The notes beneath the pieces were generated by a model. That model did not search any database. It had not been told where the DNA came from and saw only the letters and a program-made list of their open reading frames with translations. Of a DNA stretch of 37,513 nucleotides, positions 30,727-37,513 are shown one piece after another. Numbering within the stretch: position 1 is the first letter of the stretch; every line of letters starts with the position of its first letter. The DNA lies in the NCBI GenBank assembly GCA_035623975.1, contig DASPSK010000270.1:1-37513 (forward strand), read 5' to 3'. Source of the DNA: Acidimicrobiales bacterium. GTDB taxonomy: Bacteria > Actinomycetota > Acidimicrobiia > Acidimicrobiales > Bog-793. The position numbers were made by a program, and so were the translations under genes.

Positions 30727-31803
30727 TCAGGACGCCTTGCGTCGTTTGCCGCGTGCGCTCGTGCCCGCCCGCCGTTGCCCGCCGTCGCTCGCGCTGACGG
30801 CGGCCTCGAGCTCGTCTCGGCTCATCTTCGACCGTCCCGGGATGCCGAGCTCGGCGGCGCGCTCAAGCAGCTCGGGTTTCGAGGCGCGCGCCTCCGGGCC
30901 GCTCGATGTCGGAACGGCCGCCACTGCCCGCTGGCGGGCCGGCCGCTTCTCCGAGAGGGACGCCGTGGCCGGTGCCGCCCCGGCTGCTCGGCCGTCGTCC
31001 GAGACGTCGCCGGTTCGCTTGAGGCGGGCGGCCTCCACGCTTGCTCGCAGGGCGTCCATGAGGTCGATGACCGGCGCCGGTTCCGGTGGCGGTCCGCTGG
31101 ATGTCACGACCTCACCGCGGCTCTTGCGCTCGATGAGATCCTCGACCGCCTCGCGATAGGTGTCCCGATACGCCTGCGGTTGCCACTCCGTCGTCATGGA
31201 GTCGACGAGCAGCTTGGCGGTGTCGAGCTCGCGGCCCTGGAATTTGACGTCTTCGTCAGGGAGCGTGCCCAGCTCCGCCACGGGGTCGCGCACTTCGTCG
31301 GCGAAATACATGGTCTCGAGAGCAAGGACACGCTCGTCCGGTCGGATGGCGACGAGGTGCTCCTTGCCGCGCATGACGAAGGTGGCGATGCCGACCTTGT
31401 TCGTCTCGGACATCGCCTGACGCAGCAGCGCGTAGGCGCGCTCGGCGCCGGGAGCTTGCGGTGCGAGGTAGTACGTCGACTTGTAGTAGACGGGGTCTAT
31501 CTCGTCGAGATCGACGAAGTCCGTGATCTCGATGTTGCGGGAGCGTCCGGGCTCGACCGCCTCGAGCTCTGCCGGTTCGATGACGACGTACCGGCCGCCC
31601 CCGAGGTCATAGCCCTTCACGATGGCCTCATAGGGAACCTCTTCCCCCGTGCGCTCGTTGACGCGCTTGTTGCGAACACGGTCCGAAGTACCCCGCTCGA
31701 GTTGGTTGAAATGGATCGTCTTGTCGTCGGTAGCCGAGTACAGGCCTACCGGCACGTTGACGAGGCCAAAGTTCAGTGCTCCGGTCCAGATCGGCCGCGC
31801 CAT
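30727..31803 (-). CDS. ku: non-homologous end-joining protein Ku with a C-terminal HeH/Rho_N-like motif and a basic tail
   Basis: MARPIWTGALNFGLVNVPVGLYSATDDKTIHFNQL...GEEVPYEAIVKGYD...YYKSTYYLAP...YALLRQAM...VGIATFVMRGKEHLVAIRP. GGGGAGGTG lies upstream of ATG 31803. The track ORF up to 32172 is over-extended. Confidence 0.9.
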   Translation of the reverse strand: MARPIWTGALNFGLVNVPVGLYSATDDKTIHFNQLERGTSDRVRNKRVNERTGEEVPYEAIVKGYDLGGGRYVVIEPAELEAVEPGRSRNIEITDFVDLDEIDPVYYKSTYYLAPQAPGAERAYALLRQAMSETNKVGIATFVMRGKEHLVAIRPDERVLALETMYFADEVRDPVAELGTLPDEDVKFQGRELDTAKLLVDSMTTEWQPQAYRDTYREAVEDLIERKSRGEVVTSSGPPPEPAPVIDLMDALRASVEAARLKRTGDVSDDGRAAGAAPATASLSEKRPARQRAVAAVPTSSGPEARASKPELLERAAELGIPGRSKMSRDELEAAVSASDGGQRRAGTSARGKRRKAS

Positions 31804-32122
31804 GGGCACCTCCCCTCGTTTCCAGGCAGAGAAAGTCAAGCACGGTTTTGCCGCCTTGACCAGGACAGGGCTCCGACAGATGCTTAGGGACGATCCGCGC
31901 CGACCGCGTCGCGTCCGCTTTTGCGGCGCGGCGCCGGCTGCCCGGGCGGCGTCCTCATGGGCGGAGGCCCGAGTCGATGGCGAGGCGCCCCGGGTTTCGG
32001 ACTGGCTCCGCCAGCTTCGCGAGAGCGACCGCACCCACGGCCGTGCGGCTGGCGAGGGCATCCACCACCTTGACACAGCCCTTCGGCAGAATTGTTCGCG
32101 TGAGTCCTTGAGGGGAGGTGAA

Positions 32123-32503
32123 GTGGCCGAAACGAACCAGCGAGAAGTGCGACGATCGGTGCAGTTCGCCACCGCGCTCGCTCACGGCGTGGCCGACTTC
32201 GAGCCCGAGGACCTCGCGCACGGTGCCCTGACCCTCTCGTTCGGCCTGAGCGCCTGGATGCGGAGGACCTCCGTCGGCTTCGACGAGGCCTGGACCGGTG
32301 TGCTCATGCTCCGGGGTGCCCTCCTAGAGGTGGCCGGGCTGGACCGCCGCAGCGAGCCGATCCCACTGCGTGCCGGCGACACGAAGACATCGCTCGTCAG
32401 CATGACCGTGTATCTCGACGGCCTCCTCGAGCGCGCCGCCTCCGCCACTCAGAAGGGTCGCTGGGCCGTGGCGGCCGACGCCATCGATCTGCTTTCCAAC
32501 TGA
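32123..32503 (+). CDS. hypothetical protein, divergent from ku (start ambiguous; possibly from ATG 31880)
   Basis: GTG 32123 is preceded by GGGGAGG. GC-rich third positions continue upstream to ATG 31880, and the opposite strand shows an R/S/P/W-rich shadow ORF typical of antisense to a real gene. No recognisable motif. Confidence 0.4.
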   Translation: MAETNQREVRRSVQFATALAHGVADFEPEDLAHGALTLSFGLSAWMRRTSVGFDEAWTGVLMLRGALLEVAGLDRRSEPIPLRAGDTKTSLVSMTVYLDGLLERAASATQKGRWAVAADAIDLLSN

Positions 32504-32512
32504 CACGGGGCA

Positions 32513-32534
32513 GACCCGCCTGCGCGCGCGGGTC
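32513..32534 (+). terminator. GC hairpin just after the hypothetical ORF (possible terminator)
   Basis: GACCCGC-CTGCGCGC-GCGGGTC: 7-bp stem, 10 nt after the stop, no clear U-tract. Confidence 0.25.
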
Positions 32535-32612
32535 GACCCGGATCGACACCGTGGAGGCGCCCGCCCCCGGCGGCCAAGCTGCGGCCCACGACCCTCGTTA
32601 CGATCGGCCCGT

Positions 32613-32918
32613 ATGGGAGCCCTCACCGGAGCTGGCCTGGCAGCGGCCGCCGCCGCCCTCGACGACTGGTCGGTGGAGCCCGGAGAGGCCGCCATCACGA
32701 AGCAGTTCGTCTTTGCGAGCTTTCCGGCCGCCTTTGCCTTCATGACGGCGGTCGCGCTCAAAGCCGAGGCCATGAACCACCATCCGGAGTGGGCGAACGT
32801 CTACTCCAAGGTCGACGTTCGGCTCACCAGCCACGACACGGGCGGCGTGACGGAGCGGGATCTCGCCCTCGCCCGCCACATGGACGAGGTCGCCGCCGGT
32901 CTCAGCCGTCCCGTCTGA
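32613..32918 (+). CDS. pterin-4-alpha-carbinolamine dehydratase (PCD/DCoH family)
   Basis: [72 protein letters not shown]; HHPEW signature, 101 aa. Confidence 0.85.
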   Translation: MGALTGAGLAAAAAALDDWSVEPGEAAITKQFVFASFPAAFAFMTAVALKAEAMNHHPEWANVYSKVDVRLTSHDTGGVTERDLALARHMDEVAAGLSRPV

Positions 32919-34116
32919 GCTCAAGCCGTCCGAGGCGGCGCAGCGCTTCGTCGATCACCTCGGGCCGCTTGCAAAAGGCGAAGCGCACGAGTGGCCTGCC
33001 GGCCTCCTTGTCGTCGTAGAAGACCTCGGTCGGGATGGCCGCCACACCTGGATCGGCGACAAGGGCTCGGCAGAAGGATCTGCCGTCATGTTCTCCGAAC
33101 TGGCGGATGTCGACGACGGCAAAGTAGGTCGCCTGCGGTCGGGCGAGCTTCCAGCCGAGATGGCTGAGCCCATCGCAGAGGCGATCCCGTCGTGCCTGCA
33201 ACTGCCCGGCGGCGGCCGCGAAGTAGTCGTCTTCCAGGGCGAGGGCGGCGGCGACGGCGTACTGGAAGGGCGTGCCGCTGGCATAGGTGAGGAACTGCTT
33301 GACGGAGCGGACTGCTTCGACGAGGCGAGCAGGACCCATCACCCATCCGATCTTCCAGCCGGTCGCCGAGAAGGTCTTGCCGGCACTGGAGATCTTGAGC
33401 GTGCGCTCGCGCATCCCCGGCAGGCTCGAGAGCGGCACGTGCACGCCCTCGAAGACGAGATGCTCGTACACCTCGTCGGTCACTGCGATGAGGTCGTGCT
33501 CGATACACAAGCGGGCCACGTACTCGAGCTCCGGCAGGGCGAATACCTTGCCCGTGGGGTTGTGCGGAGAGTTGAGCAGCAGGAGCCTCGTCGCCGGGCT
33601 GACGGCGGCGGCGAGCTCCTCAGGATCGAAACCCCAATGAGGCGATCGAAGTGTCACCACCCTCCGGCGGGCGCCGGAGAGCTCGATGGCGGCCGCATAG
33701 GAGTCGTAGTAGGGCTCGAACGTGAGCACCTCGTCGCCCGGCTCGCACAGACCCAGCACCGTGGCGGCGATGGCTTCGGTGGCTCCCGCCGTCACGAGGA
33801 TTTCGCCCTCGGGGTCGTAGCTCTGCGACCACCAGCGCTCTTCGTGGTCGGCGACCGCTTGCAGGAGCTCGGGCACCCCGCGACCGGGTGGGTACTGGTT
33901 GTCCCCCCGCCGAATGGCGGCCACGGCGGTGTCGAGGAGCGCGTCGGGGCCGTCGGCGTCGGGGAAGCCTTGGCCCAGGTTGATGGCGCCATGCGCCGCC
34001 GCTAGAGCCGACATCTCTGCGAACACCGTCGTTCCATAGGCCGCAAGGCGACCGGCGCGCGCGAGCTTTTCGGCGCCGGACGCAGGTCGGGGAGAAAGCC
34101 CAGCCGAGTCATCCAC
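32902..34116 (-). CDS. class I/II PLP-dependent aminotransferase (KAT/aromatic/DapC-like)
   Basis: [24 protein letters not shown]...NQYPPGRG...[14 protein letters not shown]...[11 protein letters not shown]...[17 protein letters not shown] (PLP Lys) ...RFAFCK. GTG 34116 chosen (alternative GTG 34026). The track start 34404 is rejected. Confidence 0.85.
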   Translation of the reverse strand: MDDSAGLSPRPASGAEKLARAGRLAAYGTTVFAEMSALAAAHGAINLGQGFPDADGPDALLDTAVAAIRRGDNQYPPGRGVPELLQAVADHEERWWSQSYDPEGEILVTAGATEAIAATVLGLCEPGDEVLTFEPYYDSYAAAIELSGARRRVVTLRSPHWGFDPEELAAAVSPATRLLLLNSPHNPTGKVFALPELEYVARLCIEHDLIAVTDEVYEHLVFEGVHVPLSSLPGMRERTLKISSAGKTFSATGWKIGWVMGPARLVEAVRSVKQFLTYASGTPFQYAVAAALALEDDYFAAAAGQLQARRDRLCDGLSHLGWKLARPQATYFAVVDIRQFGEHDGRSFCRALVADPGVAAIPTEVFYDDKEAGRPLVRFAFCKRPEVIDEALRRLGRLELRRDG

Positions 34117-34135
34117 GAACAGGCACGATAGGGCG

Positions 34136-35512
34136 GTGCACGAGTGGACCGACGCCACCGAAGCCCTTGCCGCCGAGGTGACGGCGTACACGAAGCAGCG
34201 GCTGCACCTCGACCCAGTCCCGCTCGACGGTCCGCGGTCGCTGCAGGAGCTGGTCGTGCAGGTGGGTGAGACGATCACACCGGAGGGCATCGGCGGGCCC
34301 GAGGCCCTCCGGGTGTTCGCCGAGGTCCTCGCCCCCGCCTGCATCTCCATCGACCACCCTCGTTTCTTCTCGTTCATCCCTTGTGCACCGACGCCGGCGA
34401 GCACTCTGTTCGATCTCGTCGTGAGCGCTTCGTCGCTCTACGGGGGAAGCTGGCTCGAGGGGGCAGGTGCCGTCTACGCAGAAAACCAGGCTCTGCGTTG
34501 GTTGGCCGACCTCGCAGGGCTCCCCGCATCGGCGGGTGGGGTCTTCGTGCAAGGGGGCACGATCGGCAACGTCTCAGCTCTCATCGCCGCCCGCCACAGC
34601 GCCCGCCACGAGCTGGAGGCAACCGGGGCTGCTGCGCCGTCCCGCTGGGCGGTGGCCGCCAGTGCCGAAGCGCACTCATCGGTCACGAGCGCCGCCGCCG
34701 CCATGGACGTGGAGCTGCTCGCCATCGAGCCTGACGAGCACGGACGGCTGACCGGACCGGCACTCGAGCGGACGCTCGCGGCCGAGCGTGCGGCCGGTGG
34801 GCGTCGCCGCCCCTTCGCCGTCGTGGCGACGGCCGGCACCACCAATCTGGGCATCGTCGACGATCTGGCGGGGATCGCCGAGGTGGCACAACGAGAGGGC
34901 CTCTGGACGCACGTGGACGGCGCCTACGGCGGTGCCGCTCTGGCGGCTCGCAGCACGCGTCACCTCTTCCACGGTGTCGAGCGAGCCGACTCGCTCGTGG
35001 TCGACCCGCACAAATGGCTCTTCGCGACGTTTGACTGCGCGGCCCTCCTCTACCGAGACCCGGAAAAGGCGCGGGCGGCCCACGCGCAGCACGCCGGCTA
35101 CCTCGAGCCCCTGCGCACCGGAGACGACTGGAACCCCTCGGACTACGCCCTTCATCTCACGAGGCGGGCAAGAGGACTGCCCTTCTGGTTCTCGCTCGCC
35201 TCTTCCGGGACGCGGGCATACGCCGAGGCGGTCGAGCGGACACTCGAGGTGGCTCGGTACGCAGCGAGCCGCGTCCGCCAGCTCCCCTACCTGGAGCTGG
35301 TCACCGACCCGATGTTGTCCGTGGTGGCCTTCCGCCGCCTCGGCTGGAACGAAGCCGCCTACTACGGCTGGTCGAAGCAGCTCCTCGCAACGGGGCGGGC
35401 TTTTGTGGTGCCCACGACCCACCACGGAGAGGTCGTCCTCCGCATCGCCATCGTCAACCCGCGCTCGTCGGAGTCAGACATCGACCTCGTGCTCGACTCG
35501 CTGGCGGACTGA
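34136..35512 (+). CDS. group II PLP-dependent amino-acid decarboxylase (aromatic-L-amino-acid/glutamate decarboxylase-like)
   Basis: HPRFFSFIPCAPTP...GVFVQGGTIGNVSALIAAR...AHSSV...VVATAGTTNLGIVDDL...WTHVDGAYGG...SLVVDPHKWLF (PLP Lys). Confidence 0.85.
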   Translation: MHEWTDATEALAAEVTAYTKQRLHLDPVPLDGPRSLQELVVQVGETITPEGIGGPEALRVFAEVLAPACISIDHPRFFSFIPCAPTPASTLFDLVVSASSLYGGSWLEGAGAVYAENQALRWLADLAGLPASAGGVFVQGGTIGNVSALIAARHSARHELEATGAAAPSRWAVAASAEAHSSVTSAAAAMDVELLAIEPDEHGRLTGPALERTLAAERAAGGRRRPFAVVATAGTTNLGIVDDLAGIAEVAQREGLWTHVDGAYGGAALAARSTRHLFHGVERADSLVVDPHKWLFATFDCAALLYRDPEKARAAHAQHAGYLEPLRTGDDWNPSDYALHLTRRARGLPFWFSLASSGTRAYAEAVERTLEVARYAASRVRQLPYLELVTDPMLSVVAFRRLGWNEAAYYGWSKQLLATGRAFVVPTTHHGEVVLRIAIVNPRSSESDIDLVLDSLAD

Positions 35513-35516
35513 TGCC

Positions 35517-35567
35517 GCGTACCCACTGCGTCTGCGTACCCGCTGGGCATTCGCTGCGTACCGGCTG
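35517..35567. repeat. three direct copies of GCGTACC[C/G][A/G]CTG in the convergent intergenic region
   Basis: GCGTACCCACTG 35517-35528, GCGTACCCGCTG 35534-35545, GCGTACCGGCTG 35556-35567, starting 5 nt after the decarboxylase stop. Confidence 0.7.
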
Positions 35568-35598
35568 TGCACGGGCTGCAGGTGATCGCCGGGGCGCC

Positions 35599-36387
35599 TC
35601 AGGCCACGCTGCGAGCGCTGAGGTGCCGGAAGCTCAACGTCGGATGCCGCCTTCGCGCCAGCTCCAGCTCTGGGGTCATGACCGACGGACCGAGCACGGG
35701 TGGGCGCCGGCACGGCCAGCTGAACTCGTCCGGCTCGAGACCAGACAGGCCCTCGCTGCGCGACCAGGCGTCGTACTCCGACGCCCACTGCTCGTGCCAG
35801 ACGGCCTGCCGCACGGTCAGCAGCTCGGGGTGCACGTCCCCGCACTCGCGGTAGCGAAGGCCGATGCAACGGGTGAGGGCGACCGCCGCCTCGGCGTCCG
35901 CCCGGGCGTCGTGCGCCTGTTGCAGCTGGATGCGATAGTGCGCACAGAGGGCGTCGAGGCGGCGCTTGCCTTTGCGGTAGCGGTCGACGTGCCGGTCCAT
36001 CACGAGCGGGTCGAGGAGGGCGTGCCAGGCGAGGGCGGGCAGACCGAAGGAGGCGAAGAGGGCTTCGGCGATGGTGACGTCAAAACTGGCGTTCATGGCC
36101 ACGACCGGGATGCCCCTGGCTGCCGCTTGCCGGATGGCGGAATGGATTCGCAGGGCGGCTTCCCCGAGCGAGCAACCCTCCGCCCGGGCCCGTTCCGAAG
36201 TGATGCCGTGGATTGCGATGGCTTCGGCGGGGATGTCGCGCCCTGGATCGACGATCCACGTGTCAGCCCTCACGACACGATCTGCCGTCGTCCACACGAG
36301 AGCCGCTTGGACGGGCAGGTCGCGCGTGGTGTCGATGCCAGTGGTCTCGAGGTCGAATCCAAGCAGCGGACCATCGAACCAGGCCAT
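35599..36387 (-). CDS. DEDDh-type 3'-5' exonuclease (DnaQ-like) with a C-terminal extension
   Basis: LLGFDLETTGID (ExoI), VVAMNASFDVTI (ExoII), HDARADAEAA (ExoIII, H-x4-D). The start is ATG 36387 or upstream ATG 36447; neither has a clear RBS. Confidence 0.75.
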   Translation of the reverse strand: MAWFDGPLLGFDLETTGIDTTRDLPVQAALVWTTADRVVRADTWIVDPGRDIPAEAIAIHGITSERARAEGCSLGEAALRIHSAIRQAAARGIPVVAMNASFDVTIAEALFASFGLPALAWHALLDPLVMDRHVDRYRKGKRRLDALCAHYRIQLQQAHDARADAEAAVALTRCIGLRYRECGDVHPELLTVRQAVWHEQWASEYDAWSRSEGLSGLEPDEFSWPCRRPPVLGPSVMTPELELARRRHPTLSFRHLSARSVA

Positions 36388-36614
36388 GAGCTGAGGGTAC
36401 GCGGAGGGTGTGTCATATCCGCGGATGCTCGTACTGCCCTCGATCATGGGAGGTGGGGCGTTGTCAGGGCGGCTCGGACTCAGATCCGCGTTGGCCGGGG
36501 CCTACGCACCCTTTCGCGTGCCCAGAGAGACCGCACCGGGCCTGCAGGATCGCGGGGCGCACTCAGATCCGCCGTCTCGATGCTCGGGAAGAGAGGATGC
36601 TCGCCTGTGAAGCC

Positions 36615-37295
36615 TCAGCCAAGGTGGCACACGTCGTTGTAACCCCGGAGAAACCACTTGTCCTCAGTCACGATGATCGTCGAGATGCTCCCGTTGTCCA
36701 CGGCCACGAAGGCGAACGGCCGCGAGCCTGTCGCAAGCGAGAGCACCATGCCGATGGCGCCCCCATGGGAGAACACAACGACGCGGCCGCCGCGCTGATC
36801 GCGGGAGATCCGCTCGATCCCCGCACGCACGCGACGCGCCAACTCCTCGTTCGACTCGGCCCCGGGAACGACGTCCCAGCGCTCGCGTTCGAACATCTCG
36901 AGCGCCACGGGATCGAGGGAGACGACCTTGTGGCGATAGAGGCCGCCCTCCCACTCCCCGAGCCGGACCTCGCGCAGGTCCGGTTCGGGGATGGGGACGA
37001 GGCCTGTCCGTTCGACGAGCGGAGCCGCCGTCTCGAGCGTCCGACGCAGCGTCGTGACGTAGATGGCGTCGATTCTCGAGCCTGCGAGACGATCGGCCAC
37101 GCGCACGGCCTGTTCGACCCCCTCCGGCGCCAGCTCTGGGTCCCCATGGCCGTCGACGAGGGGGAAAGGCCTCTCCGGGTCCGCCGCAATGGTCTCCCCA
37201 TGGCGCACGAGCAAGATCTCGGTCGCTTCCGGCGGGGCTGAGAAACGGACCTGCCTATGTCCTCCCGCCGGCACCTCCAGGTCTTCTGTGCTCAT
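36615..37295 (-). CDS. histidine phosphatase family protein (phosphoglycerate-mutase-like)
   Basis: ILLVRHGET (catalytic RHG), LREVRLGEWEG, VVVFSHGGAI; 226 aa. Confidence 0.85.
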   Translation of the reverse strand: MSTEDLEVPAGGHRQVRFSAPPEATEILLVRHGETIAADPERPFPLVDGHGDPELAPEGVEQAVRVADRLAGSRIDAIYVTTLRRTLETAAPLVERTGLVPIPEPDLREVRLGEWEGGLYRHKVVSLDPVALEMFERERWDVVPGAESNEELARRVRAGIERISRDQRGGRVVVFSHGGAIGMVLSLATGSRPFAFVAVDNGSISTIIVTEDKWFLRGYNDVCHLG

Positions 37296-37485
37296 CAGAG
37301 GAGACTAGAGCCGGCACGAGTGCGGGCATCGCGAAGACACAGTCCGACACGAGGCACGCCGTCTCGCGTAGCCGTTGGGACCTTTGCCCTGGCAGGTGGG
37401 ACTTTCGGCACTGGGGAGGCTCTTGGCCGGGCGCGCAGACTGTGGGCAAGGTCGGCGGGAGCCCGACCAGAAAGAAGGAAGTGCG

Positions 37486-37513
37486 ATGATGAACCCGGTT
37501 GCAGCGATCGGAG
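37486..37513 (+). CDS. 5' end of an unidentified gene running off the window
   Basis: ATGATGAACCCGGTTGCAGCGATCGGAG is preceded by GAAGGAAG 5-6 nt upstream. Too short to identify. Confidence 0.2.

Noticed and set aside
1-37513. Prophage, IS element, integrase, toxin-antitoxin or known defence-system genes
   Set aside because: No translation in any frame showed transposase DDE, tyrosine or serine recombinase, or typical defence-system (nuclease-helicase, TIR, Cas) signatures. The only mobile-type elements are the dnaB mini-intein and the LAGLIDADG-like ORF.

Overview
This is a high-GC chromosomal replication-origin region with Actinomycetota-like gene order. No homology search or computation was possible, so all calls rest on reading the translations and the DNA by eye. 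The backbone closely mirrors the Mycobacterium tuberculosis ori neighbourhood. In order it runs: dnaN(partial)<-dnaA | candidate oriC | rpmH-rnpA-yidD-yidC-jag-rsmG-[extra ORF]-parA-parB | cwlM<-trxA<-trxB | small membrane protein, DegV, murJ, a DUF6049-like exported protein | HDAC-like deacetylase-cca | PAS-GGDEF-EAL | ino1<-padR | a DUF2510/CPBP protease gene | a zinc-ribbon protein, panB | rpsF-ssb-rpsR-rplI-dnaB | ku | a small amino-acid-metabolism cluster (pterin dehydratase, aminotransferase, PLP decarboxylase) | DEDD exonuclease, histidine phosphatase. I saw no rRNA, tRNA, CRISPR array, transposase or integrase. Most long antisense ORFs in the track are high-GC artefacts. The points worth a second look are these. 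(1) A free-standing single-motif LAGLIDADG endonuclease-like ORF sits between rsmG and parA and is translationally coupled to parA. (2) Just upstream of it is a perfect consensus parS palindrome split by a 13-nt insert; it is the only parS-like sequence I could find by eye. (3) dnaB carries a 140-aa mini-intein with no endonuclease domain. (4) A 15-bp minisatellite in a DUF2510-CPBP gene has a 1-nt deletion that breaks the reading frame. (5) An AT-rich 25-bp palindrome overlaps a leaderless-type padR promoter. (6) DnaA-box clusters and palindromes occur at three places. (7) Unusual C-terminal tails are present on Ku (HeH/Rho_N-like), S18, S6 and YidC. None of these amounts to a multi-gene novel system, so the interest scores stay moderate.
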